NCBI GenBank assembly: GCA_020184695.1
Contig: JAANOX010000081.1
Coordinates: 186,001 to 250,000, forward strand
Source of the DNA: Histomonas meleagridis 2922-C6/04-290x
Lineage: Eukaryota > Protista > Parabasalia
Length of the DNA: 64,000 bases
Reading direction: 5' to 3'
Positions 33,070 to 44,605 of the stretch are shown here, one piece after another. A program made the translations under genes and the position numbers. The notes beneath the pieces were generated by a model. The model saw nothing but the letters and a program-made list of their open reading frames with translations. It was not told where the DNA came from and did not search any database. The first letter of the stretch is position 1, and every line of letters starts with the position of its first letter.

Positions 33070-35913
33070 ATGCTTGATGAATCTTACGATAAAACACGTA
33101 TCAGTGAAGCTCCTCTAGAAAGTAAAAATGAGGAATATGCTAATATTGAATTACTGATTTCACTTAATCGAATCATATTTAACTTAAAAGTGGAAAATCT
33201 TGAACTATCTGTGCAGCAAACTATATCTTTATTTGATATAAATTTTCCACTTTCATTCAATTTTATTATTTGTAAACTTATATATTTTGCATTTTCCGCT
33301 CAAAAAAATGAATTTGATATATATTTAAATTATTTTGAAATACTTCAAGCAAAAGAAGAACAAATTATTAATATGAATTCAAAGATCACTGATATTTTTC
33401 TTGAATGCATCATCAAATTCTATTCAAAAGAATCATTTTATTTAATAGAGAAATTAATAGAGAAAAATTTAATTGATATAAATGTTATTGATGAAATGAA
33501 AACAAATTATTTTGCACATCATCGAAAAGAAAATAATCCTATTCATGATAATTATTTTATTGAATTTTTTGCAAATTATGAACAATTATCAAAGAATGAT
33601 TGGGAACTTCATAAGAAATATATTGAAGAAGGAATTAACCAAAATGAAATTGCACAAATAATTCGTAATGATGAAATTGATAAACTTCAAGAAATATCAT
33701 CACAAACAAATTTTGATTTTAATCAAAGAATTAAACCATCGCTTTACGAAAGATGTTCATTTATAGATCAACGTGATGTTACATTAATTGATTATGCAGC
33801 ATTTTTTGGATCGGTTCAATGTTTTAAATACTTATTATTAAATGGTTCTAAATTGGATAATGTAGGTAAATATGCAATCACTGGAGAAAACCCTGAAATC
33901 ATTCATTTATGTGAGCAAAATCATGCATCGTTTGAAGGTGCGCATGAAGCAGCAATTATGTTTCATAAAAATGATATTTTTCGTTATATTTACGAAAATG
34001 AATTAGAGGGAAATAAGATACGATTTACTTTGGTTGATGAAAAATATAATGATAATAAAATGTTAACAAATGAATTAAAATTGATTGGTTTAGCAAAAGT
34101 TTGTATATTATGTTATAATTTTGAGCTTTTATCATATATAGAAAAAGAAAATTTAAAAATCAATGATTCCGTCATTAATTATGCAGCAAAAACAGGAAAT
34201 TTGTTTCTCGTCAAATATTTTCTCCAAAAATGTCAAGTCCCGAAAAATATCCTATGTTTCTCATCAGAATCAGATAATTTTGAACTTGTTGAATATGTTC
34301 TTCAACACATAGAAATTGATATTAACGCTCAAAATGTTTTTTTGATTGATATAATATTTTTTGGATTAATTTCAAGTTTTATATTATTTTTTGGAATTTA
34401 TTTTATTTATGTGATACAGCTCTAATGATATTAGCTAAAAATAATAACATTAAAACTATTAAATTACTTCTTCAACATAAAGGAATTGATTTGAATTTAT
34501 TTAATATTTATTTGTTATATTTAATTTTTGTTTTGAGAATTCGAAGTTTTGAAATAATATTTGGAAATTATTTAAAATTTATGAAAATTTACTTATTTTA
34601 TCTTCTTCAAATGGCAATACAGAAATAGTTAAATTACTTCTCGAATATGAAGGAATTAAAGTTAACAACAAAGATATTTGTTTGCTTTATTTTGGATTTA
34701 TTTTAATAATTTAATATTTCAAAATAATATTTGGAAATTCTTTAAATTATTTAATACAGCACTTATTTCAGCATCTTCAGGTGGTCACACAGAAATTGTT
34801 AAATTACTTCTTGAACAAAAAGGAATTGAGGTTAATACTAAAAATATTTATTTGTTTTATTTAAAATTTATTTTATTAATTTAATATTTCAAAATAATAT
34901 TTGGAAATTCTTTAATATATTTAATACTGCACTTATTTATGCATCTTCAGGTGGTCACACAGAAATTGTTAAATTACTTCTTGAACAAGAGGGAATTGAT
35001 GTTAATGCTAAAAATATTTTTTTGTTTTATTTAAAATTTATTTTAATAATTTGGTATTTCAAAATAATATTTGGAAATTATTTAAAATACTTAAAACAGC
35101 ACTTATGAAAGCATCTTTAAATGGTCATACAGAAATTGCTAAATTACTTCTTGAACAAAAAGGTATTGATATAAATGGTAAAGATATTAATTTGTTTTAG
35201 TTAAAATTTATTTTAATAATTTTGGATTTCAAAATAATATTTGGAATTGGAGTCAATTATTTGAAACACCACTTATTCTTGCAACTATTAATAATTACAT
35301 AGAAATAGTTAAATTACTTCTTGAAAAGGAAGGAATTGATGTTAATTCTATAAATATTTATTTGGATAATATGATATTTTTAAATCAGATTCAATGTTAT
35401 AAATAAATATATAAAGTTTATTCAGAATATTGTGGAGTGCTCTTATATTTTCATGTCATCGTGGTTTTCAAGAAATTGTTAAATTACTTCTTGAACAAGA
35501 ACAAATTAATGTTAATTTACATGATATTTATTTGATTTATTTATGATTTATTTTAATAATTTTATATTTTAAATTAAGGTTTGGACTTTCATTGGATGAT
35601 TTAATACAGCACTTATTTATGCATCTGAAAATGGTCATAAGGAAGTTGTTAAATTACTTCTTGAAAAAAAAGGAATCGATGTTAATGTTAAAAATATTTT
35701 TTTGTTCGACTTAACGTTTATTTGGATAATACAATATTTATAAATAAGATTTGATAATTATTTAATTTATTTGAAACAGCATTTGTGAAGGCATTACAAA
35801 ATAATGATGAAGAGATAATGAAATTACTAAAAGACCATGAAGGATTTGAAATTGATGAGAATGATGTTATTATATATAATTTGGAATACAAAACAATGCA
35901 CAGCAATAATTAG
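33070..35913 (+). CDS. DUF3447-type ankyrin protein, locus D; about 743 aa after removing spacers from 9 linkers
   Basis: LIDYAAFFGSVQCFKYL motif, eight internal 93-nt stop-free blocks, final block ending MHSNN-TAG. Confidence 0.82.
34336..35772 (+). repeat. exact 170-nt period array, nine 77-nt spacer/codon linkers
   Basis: Linkers start at 34336, 34506, 34676, 34846, 35016, 35186, 35356, 35526, 35696; each is 4x17+3x3 nt. Confidence 0.95.
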
Positions 35914-36232
35914 AAAATCTTGATTTTTGAATAAAATATATTTATTATTTTTTTATGAATTTAAAAATAAAAAATTTTATGTTGAAATTGAATTGAAAAT
36001 ATTTCAATATTTTAAAAATGTGTCTAAATTTTACTATTAATAATAATATTTGTTATAACAGAATGATAAAAAATATTTATGCAAAACATATTAATGATTA
36101 TGTAATCATAATATAATATTGTTAAAAAACTCATTTCAACTATTTAAGGACTTCTTGATTTAAGTAAGCACTTTTGCGTAAAATTATTGTCATTGTAGAA
36201 GTTATTTAATCGGGTTTGGCGATTAAGTTTTT

Positions 36233-38812
36233 ATGGGAGGCATAATAAGTAAGGATGAGCTAAAGCAAGCCTCACCTGATTTCCACCTATCTAAAAAATA
36301 CTGGATTACATCGCAGATTCTAAAATCAATCGAAGAAATCATTTTTAATTTAAATGAAGAAAATATTAAAGAATCTGTCAAATCTATTGTGAAACTTATC
36401 AATAATAATGATTCATTCTTCTTTAATATTATTGTTAAGTTAATATTTTTATCATTTACTTCGCAAATGAAAGATTTTAATACATATAATATCTTCATAA
36501 AAGAAGTTGAAAATAAAGTACGTAATAGTGAAAACATTCATTTAATTGATTTACTTGTACAATATCTAATTAATAAAAATAAACAAGAATCATATTATAT
36601 TATAGAGAAATTAATTAAATTAAATTTAATCACATCAGATATCATCAAACATAAAAACACGTTTTATTTTTCTCATTTTATGTCGAATGAAGAGATTGCT
36701 AACTCAAAAACAAATCCAAAAATTCCATTTTGGAACTATTTCATTAAAAATTATGAAGAACTTTCAAAGAATGATTGGGAACTTCATAAGAAATTAATCC
36801 AAGAAGGACATAATCCGAATGAAATTGCGAAAATTATTCGAAATGATGAAATAGAAAAACTTCAAGAAATATCATCACAAAATAATTTCGATTTTAATCA
36901 AACAGTTGAACCATCACTTTATGAAAGATGTTCATTTATTAATCATAAAAATGTTACATTAATTGATTATGCAGCATTTTTTTCATCAGTCAAATGTTTT
37001 AAATATTTACTTATAAATGGTGCAAATGTAAGTAGCACAGGTAAATATGCAGTTGTAGGTGGAAATGAAGAAATTATTCATATATGTGAACAAAATAATT
37101 CATCATTTGAAGGTGCATATGAAACAGCAATTATGTTTCATCGAAATGATATCTTTAAATATCTTTATGAAAATAACATAGATAGGCATAATGACGCCAA
37201 ACAAATTTTAGTGTTTTTGAAAAAAGATCTGATAAATATTCGTATATTTTGCTTTCTACTTGAACAAAGGAATATAGAAATTAATTTTAAAGATAATTCC
37301 TTATAATATTTAATTTTCATTTTAATAATTTAATATTTTAAATATATTTTTGGAAATTGTTCATAAAATTTCAAACTTTTCTTATATTAGCATCTAAATG
37401 TGATCGCATTGATATTGTTAAATTGCTTCTTATTCTCGATGGAATTGATGTTAATTCTAAAGATCTTTTTTTATATTATTTAAAATTTATTTTAATAATT
37501 TAAAATTTTAAAGTAATATTTGGGAATTATTCAAATTAATTAATACAGCACTTATGATAGCATCTGAGCAAAATCACATAGAAATTGTTAAATTACTTCT
37601 TGAACAAGAGGGAATTGATATTAATGCTGATAATATTTAATTATTTCATTTAGAATATATTTTAATAATTTCATATTTCAAAATAATATTTGGACATTAT
37701 TTAAATTATTTAATACAGCACTTATTTCAGCATCTGAAAATGGTTATACAGAAATTGTTAAATTACTTCTTGAACAAAAAGGAATTGATGTTAATGCTAA
37801 AAATATTTGTTTGTTAAACTTAATATATATTATAATTGTGTAAAAATTCAATGTAATATTTGGAATTTATTTTAATTATTCGAAACATCACTTATAAAAT
37901 CATCTTATTTTAGTCATATAAAAATAATTAAATTACTTCTTGAAAAAGAAGAAATTGATATTAATGCTAAAGATATTTAATTATCTTATTTAAAATTCAT
38001 TTAAATAATTTGATACTTTAAAATATAATATGGAAATTATTTGGATTATTTAATACAGCACTCATGAAAGCAACTTCAAGAGGTCATATAGAAATAGCTG
38101 CATTACTTTTAAAGCGCAAAGAAATTGATATTAATATTAAAGATAATTATTTATTTTGTTTAATGTTTATATTAATAATTTGATGTTTCAAAATAATATT
38201 TGGAAATCACATGAAATACTTAAAACATTACTTATATGTGCATCTGAGTATAGTAAAATTGAAATATTTACATTAATTCTTGAACACAAAGGAATAGATA
38301 TTAATGCTAAAGACATTTAAACATTTTATATAAGATAAAATTTAAATATTTTATACATCAAAATAATATATGGAAATTATACAATAATTTTAGAACGGCA
38401 CTCATATGGGCATCTTTAAAAGGAAATTTAAAAATAGTTAAATTACTTCTTGAACAAAAAGGAATTGATGTTAATGTTAAAGATATTTATTTGTTTTACA
38501 TAAAATTTATATTATTAATATTGGATACCAAAATAATACTTGGAAATTGCTATAATTATTTAATACAGCACTTATGGAAGCATCTGGAAATGGTCATACA
38601 GAAATAGTTAAATTACTTCTCAAACATGAAAGTATTGATATTAATGCTAAAAATATTTAATATATTCAATCAAATTTTTTTTTAATTATATAGTCTTTCT
38701 AAGAAATATTTGGAAATTGCTTAAATTATATAATACTGCTCTTGGATGCGCACGTATTTATGGTTATTCAGAAACAGCTGAAATACTTAAGCAGGAAGAA
38801 ATTGTGAATTAA
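36233..38812 (+). CDS. DUF3447-type ankyrin protein, locus E; about 655 aa after removing spacers from 9 linkers
   Basis: LIDYAAFFSSVKCFKYL motif, eight internal 93-nt blocks, final block ending EEIVN-TAA (38810-38812). Confidence 0.82.
37295..38731 (+). repeat. exact 170-nt period array, nine 77-nt spacer/codon linkers
   Basis: Linkers start at 37295, 37465, 37635, 37805, 37975, 38145, 38315, 38485, 38655. Confidence 0.95.
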
Positions 38813-39304
38813 TAAGGTATTGTTTGAATAAAATAAAAATAAAAATTTTTTCATTCTTAAACATATATTATTCTTTAAAATACTAATTGGTTGTTGAATT
38901 AACACTGCTGCTGTTGTTAATTTGACGTTAACATAACGCTTTGTTTTTACATTATTTTTTCTTTTGAATAATCAATAATTAGTCGGGTATAAAACAAAAG
39001 ATAAAAAACGTTCCTTATAAATCGATGGATTTGTTTACTAAATCACACAGGCACATTACCTAAAAAACAGTGATGGTGTAAAAAAAAATGCTTTAGCACA
39101 ATAAAAAAGTTTAAACATTAATATTTTTTTTATATGTTAGAACCATGATATAATCAAAAAATAAGAACAACGAAAGACAATTTTTACAATGCTAACACTC
39201 GAAAAAAGCTATAATGAGTTTAATATGTCATGTTATACTAATTTCTCCATTTGGATATTGACTTGACATAATAATTTTTTTTATTAAAATCACAACATCT
39301 GTTT

Positions 39305-40264
39305 CTATTTACAAGTACAATCATTTTGGAGTGCGTCGATAAATGTTTCCAATTCTTCAGGTGTTCTGCATCTTGCAAGATTACCTCTTTTTACACCATC
39401 TTCGCCCAGTTCCTTGTCAAATATGTAGAACATATGTCTCCTTGTTGCGTCGAAGTTTCCTCCGAACTCTTTGTAAAGAGAAATATATTCGCGAGCAACA
39501 TCGAAACCATTGAGATTAGCATCTTTATCAAAAAGAACGGGATTTTTAAGAAGCGCTTGAGCTACCATAGCCCCAGCAGCGCCTGTTTTTTTGATTATTT
39601 CTTCCGCTTCTTCTGGCGATTTGATTCCTCCATTTGCAATGACCGGAATTCCAACGCTTTTAACAATTTCTCGGATGCATTGAACATTAACATCGCCATT
39701 TTTGTCTTGTTCTGTGTTCCGACCATGTACTGTAATGAGTTTTACTCCGACTGATTCTAATTGTTTTGCAAATTCAACTGTAGATTCAATATTGTCATCA
39801 ATCATTCGGATCTTAGCAAATAATGGAACGCATATTTCCGATGAAAGAGTTTTAATGAGTTTAAGAACATTGATTCTTTTTTCATTAGTATCAACCATAA
39901 AATAACCAAATCGCCCTCTTTTAGCGACTTTCTGACAACACCCGAGATTAATGTCTATTGCACAACATCGAGTTGAAATTGATTTAGCTGTACCAATGAG
40001 ATCTGATTCAATTGAACCAGAAATTTGAGCTACAAGTGGCTTATCACATTCTGCTGTCCTCATTACAGATTCACGAAATTTTTTGCTCATGTTCCATTGA
40101 TTTGCATTGATCATTCCCGTCCAACATATATTAACTTTATGACGACGGACTAGAATTCGGAAAGGAAGGTCGCCCAATTCAACCATTGGTGCAAGGCAAA
40201 TTGGGTTTGAACCAAATTGGCTCCAAAAATCCCATGCTTCCTTGTTTTTTTGAGTCTCCTCCAT
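39305..40264 (-). CDS. tRNA-dihydrouridine synthase (Dus1-like)
   Basis: LAPMVE, IDINLGCCQ (catalytic Cys motif NxGCP-like), PLFAKIR, LITVHGR, PVIANGGI, GAMVAQALLKNP. Confidence 0.9.
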   Translation of the reverse strand: MEETQKNKEAWDFWSQFGSNPICLAPMVELGDLPFRILVRRHKVNICWTGMINANQWNMSKKFRESVMRTAECDKPLVAQISGSIESDLIGTAKSISTRCCAIDINLGCCQKVAKRGRFGYFMVDTNEKRINVLKLIKTLSSEICVPLFAKIRMIDDNIESTVEFAKQLESVGVKLITVHGRNTEQDKNGDVNVQCIREIVKSVGIPVIANGGIKSPEEAEEIIKKTGAAGAMVAQALLKNPVLFDKDANLNGFDVAREYISLYKEFGGNFDATRRHMFYIFDKELGEDGVKRGNLARCRTPEELETFIDALQNDCTCK

Positions 40265-40568
40265 TGGGATCAGAACGACACTTTTCCTCCATAAACGTTC
40301 TCATGTTATTCAAACCTTTTTATGCGTAAAAATCCAAAATTGGTCCAAATAAAGATGTCTTTCGTATATGAAATAACACGTTTGAATTCCAACCTTATAT
40401 TTTTGTAAGTAACAATTCTTTCTTATGACACAAAAAATGATTTAAAATTCAAATCAAATCTTTTGCGAAACAAAATTTGATTACATTTCCAGTCAAAACA
40501 TATCGAAAATGTTGGTTTTTATACATAACAAAAAAGGAAAAAACCTTTTTGTCAACAACATATTAATC

Positions 40569-42146
40569 TCAATGCAAACCCAAAGGATCTGACTGCTCTT
40601 CCACCCATTGATTCCTCAGCTCTGTTGCTTTCTTCTTCAGCTGCACCGGGTCTATAGCCATTATCTGTGTTATGAGCCCTTCCAAGTACGTCATAGAGAA
40701 CTGCAGCTGTGGATCGTTCGCAACGTGTTCATTAAATGAACACGTATACAATGCGACTTGCATCCATTCATCGACCCCGAATGTGAACACACATATCATT
40801 AAAATAGGAAACAAACTATCGAAATCAATTTCAACATCTTCTGGTCGAGTTCCACTTTTAACCAAAACTCGTTGCATACATTGGGCCGCTTCTTGAATAG
40901 CATCCCAATATACACTCGCTATCTCAAAAGGATTGGTTAATATCATCATTTCAAAGATTTTGTCAACCGCCGGTTTAAACGGCCACTCGAGACCGTTTAA
41001 AACCGAAAATGGCGTAAATGCAAACTCTTGATCAATGAGGTTGGAGCCGATGCAGGCAGGGAAGAAGTCTTCAACATGGGGAAGGCCAACGGACTTTCCA
41101 ATTCCGAATGGATATGGCTTTACTTGCCAGCCAATGTCAAACATAAGTTGTTCAATACGAGAAAACTCATTAGGATTTTCAATAAGGTGGTCAATAATAG
41201 AAGAAACATCGCTATATGTAAGGAATGGAACCTTCTCTCTAAACTTCATGATGATATTACCAGTCTTAGTTTGGGGATATAGAAGATTGAAATACCAATC
41301 ACCGGTTCCAGGCTTCTGTGGTTCAAGCTTCTTCAGGTGTTGCTTAATGATTCTGATTTGCTTTGTGATTTTTTTGATTTTTGGATTTGATTCAATTTTT
41401 CGATCTGTCATCAAAACCAAATTTTCGAATCTGTCAATGCATACTTTGGGCATAGTTTTGGAGTTCTGTTTAATGGAGTTGAGAAAATCGATAAATGCTA
41501 CCATTCTTTCCATACTTGATCGATATAATTTTGATGAGAGTTCTTTCAGTTTGGCCTTTTTGTTGTAATAGATAACCATAAGAGCGCCATTTCGACGAAT
41601 CTTTTCAATGCCTTTGTAATGAAAGGATTGTAGCTGGGAAATAATTGCTTGAACATTCTTCATTTCATCTGCTCTCTGCAAAACGCATGTGTCCATGCTG
41701 ACCTTTGTGTCATTGACATGTGTATTTAATCTGTCTATAATCTGTTGGAAAAGTTTAGCTCTTGCTTCGCAAATTGCAGGCGTAAGATCTGCTTTTTGAT
41801 TGCTTGGAGTTTCTTCAATAAACGAACGGAAACCATTAACATCTTTGTCGTTTGTTTCTGTTGAAACTTTAGAAGGAGAAGAAAATGAAGTTAATGAAAA
41901 TGCATCAGAAATTGTTTGTGGTTTGTCTTGTGAAAATTCATTTTCTAACTCTTTTTCTACGTCAAGAGACAAACGATGCAATGTGTTTTGATTAAATTTA
42001 CGTTTTCCTTTTATGATTTTGTATAAGCCAACTATTGGCTTTTTATCTGAAGTTTTGTGGATTTTTATTGTTTTTGATTTCTCATGTTTGATGTCCACTT
42101 CTTGGACATGTGTCACAAGACCTAATGGATCATCATCGCTCATCAA
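40569..42146 (-). CDS. hypothetical protein with coiled coil and VPS9-like C-terminal region
   Basis: 525-aa ORF; DFDSLFPILMICV...FSMTYLEGLITQI resembles VPS9 helices. Confidence 0.45.
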   Translation of the reverse strand: MMSDDDPLGLVTHVQEVDIKHEKSKTIKIHKTSDKKPIVGLYKIIKGKRKFNQNTLHRLSLDVEKELENEFSQDKPQTISDAFSLTSFSSPSKVSTETNDKDVNGFRSFIEETPSNQKADLTPAICEARAKLFQQIIDRLNTHVNDTKVSMDTCVLQRADEMKNVQAIISQLQSFHYKGIEKIRRNGALMVIYYNKKAKLKELSSKLYRSSMERMVAFIDFLNSIKQNSKTMPKVCIDRFENLVLMTDRKIESNPKIKKITKQIRIIKQHLKKLEPQKPGTGDWYFNLLYPQTKTGNIIMKFREKVPFLTYSDVSSIIDHLIENPNEFSRIEQLMFDIGWQVKPYPFGIGKSVGLPHVEDFFPACIGSNLIDQEFAFTPFSVLNGLEWPFKPAVDKIFEMMILTNPFEIASVYWDAIQEAAQCMQRVLVKSGTRPEDVEIDFDSLFPILMICVFTFGVDEWMQVALYTCSFNEHVANDPQLQFSMTYLEGLITQIMAIDPVQLKKKATELRNQWVEEQSDPLGLH

Positions 42147-42508
42147 ACAGATTAAACTGCCGTCAGAAAACGGTTTTAGCAGAAACGATCAGAAGAAAGA
42201 CAAAACTTTACACCAGAAGAACTTGTTAAATTTCATTTTAATTAAAGAATATGTTAAATCATTAGGTTTGCCCAACAAATGTCACCATATGTTCTTATGT
42301 AATTGATGCTAGATTTAGAAAAAAGTTAAATTTTTCTTCAGGCCAAGTTTTCTGCCAAAAAAATAAGTAAAGCTTTGAATTAATTCAATGCCAGTTTTAC
42401 CTGTCAATGGCTTTCATAATTATTTAAGCATAAAGACATTAAAACATTAAAAAATATCAATATTTTTTATTTTTAACAAACCTCGTACAACTTCTAACAT
42501 ATTATATG

Positions 42509-43384
42509 TTAGGAATTAGAACTTTTATCCAATTCATCAATATCGATGATTTGATTTGCAAGTTCATTTTGTTGCTGTGATAACAAATGAAGTGGCGTGG
42601 GATCACATGTTAATAAAATCATGAGCATATCCCTTAAGTCTTCTTGATTTTCAACCATAAACCCTATGAGTATTGAGGGGTTAAGGTTCTTCCCTTTCAT
42701 TTTTTTAGGTGGCAACTCGAAGAAAGACTTTGCATCTTCTAGGTTTATAGCTGCTACTTTAGTAACATGCGGATCAAAATAAATGAAATCATCTCCTTCA
42801 AAACCAACAATGTAATATGCTGAATTTTTCTTGCCGCTAACAAAACCAAGGCTTCCCTTAGTGCATAGGCATGCTTTTAAGAAAGTGGTCATTTGTAGAT
42901 CAATTGTATTCAGACCAAATAATCCTGGAATCATTAAAAGTAATGGATACTGAACACCTTCTAAATCTAGTTCTTGAATTAAGAAGTCTCGAATTATGAC
43001 GACTGATAAATTAAATCTTTTCATGATTGTTGATATTGAATTAGCAACTGTAGATGGTTTGGCCCAATTCCCAACTCCTATACCAAATGGGACAGCACAT
43101 TGTGCTAGATTTTGAATTGAAAATGGGGAATCAAAAGAATCTAAAAATAATTCGTATGTAGTTAATTGGCCAAATTTTGAATTGAAAATCTGAGGGAACT
43201 TGTTCTTGAACAATATGAAGTATTGAGCTAGAATTCCTTGAGCTGAACGATAGCAGCATCCCCAATTTGTATCAGAATTATATCTACCTACTTTTTGGAA
43301 GTTCTTGCGATAACAAAACCTTGGAATATGCTTGAATGCATCCAAGTTTTTACTATTATCCAAATGCGTTTGTATAAGATTCAT
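42509..43384 (-). CDS. ATG4: autophagy cysteine protease Atg4 (peptidase C54)
   Basis: RFCYRKNF, SDTNWGCCYRSAQ (catalytic Cys), YYIVG..YFDPH (Asp/His), NPSILIGF. Confidence 0.88.
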   Translation of the reverse strand: MNLIQTHLDNSKNLDAFKHIPRFCYRKNFQKVGRYNSDTNWGCCYRSAQGILAQYFILFKNKFPQIFNSKFGQLTTYELFLDSFDSPFSIQNLAQCAVPFGIGVGNWAKPSTVANSISTIMKRFNLSVVIIRDFLIQELDLEGVQYPLLLMIPGLFGLNTIDLQMTTFLKACLCTKGSLGFVSGKKNSAYYIVGFEGDDFIYFDPHVTKVAAINLEDAKSFFELPPKKMKGKNLNPSILIGFMVENQEDLRDMLMILLTCDPTPLHLLSQQQNELANQIIDIDELDKSSNS

Positions 43385-44605
43385 TCTGATACTTTTGCAA
43401 AGATTTCCAATTGAATTAACCGTCTGTGCACAGAAAAAAATTCGTTTATAATTTTATGCGGTCCAAAACTATATGTTTTAGGATCTATGGAATCCAAGAA
43501 CTCTTTAGGAAAATGCCAACGAAGATCACACTTTAGGAATTTTATGAAAATACAATTAAATTTCATAAAATTTCAAATTGTTCTTTTTTTTCGCTTTTGT
43601 ATTTTTCTACTCTGCTTTCATGCATGGCAGCGAATCTTCTACCATTCGCACATGCTCCAGAATCTCAATGATTACAAATTATTCAATATGAATTCTTTTT
43701 TTTTCCTTAAACAAATCAGGAAATTGTGTTCATTTTTTTCAAATTTATTCTATTACTACTTAAAAGGGGCTGTGGATGCTTCCTTGGTGTGCAGAGCTCT
43801 CCGAGCAAATTTGTGCCATAGGTAAATAAACTAATGATAAAAATTTGGACATGATTGAAAGAATCCTTTCAAAGTTCTGTTCATCACCTCACATTTTTGT
43901 TGTTCCTTTTGTAGACTCCTTCATCCAAAATATGACATAAACCATGGAAAACTAGATTTGATAAGTGTTTGTTTGTTATACTTCTTTTTTTTTGATACCT
44001 TATATAAGATACGTATCATGTATTTCAGCAGAGCATTTGGAAAATCACTTCTGTCAATTTTATGAGCAACGGGTGTGTATTGATTTTTTTTATTTCAATT
44101 TTAGTGACAAAAAAAAAATTTCACTAACATTCACAGAATTGAAGATATTACATAATAGCACAGAGAACTTATATATTTATGTTTTTGTTATTTATGATTA
44201 TTATTCTGATACAGATATTCTAAATTCTAAAATTTTAAAATTACGATTATTCAAATAAGTAACACAACTAATTTGGATTTGATATGCAAAAACAATATTA
44301 TTAATGATTGATTTAATGAACCATCATATTTAAGTTTAAATTAATAATTTCATGAAAAATATACCATCTTTGAGAACCCGACACATATTTATTACAAGTT
44401 TTTATGAATACATGTTTCTTAAAATGAAAGCTTCTTAAAATATGTATCAAAAGACATTTTTATATCAATTTTCTTTCAAAGCAGAATTTAATTGCATAAT
44501 TCTTTTTTAACATATACATACAGATTGTTTTTATTTGAAGGAAGATAACATTGAAATGAATTATTGCAAACAAACTAAGTCAAACAAAGGGGTACCCCAA
44601 AAATC

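Noticed and set aside
34336-34425. Hydrophobic TM-like C-terminal tails on the ankyrin ORFs (e.g. VFLIDIIFFGLISSFILFFGIYFIYVIQL) and the many short ankyrin ORFs in the track
   Set aside because: These are read-through of T-rich spacers (Phe/Ile/Leu by composition). Tails vary from 3 to 30 aa between loci, so they are not a conserved anchor. A retained-spacer isoform cannot be excluded.
34676-34760. Treating each linker as one canonical intron ending at the ACAG in TTTAATACAG
   Set aside because: The ACAG is the Thr-Ala codons and varies (ACT GCA, ACG GCT, ACA CCT). There is no 5' GT and no branch motif. A single intron would also drop the conserved Gly codon.
44121-44136. ACTAACATTCACAG, similar to the trichomonad branch/3' splice motif
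   Set aside because: Spacing differs from ACTAACACACAG, and no convincing 5' site or flanking coding exons were found.
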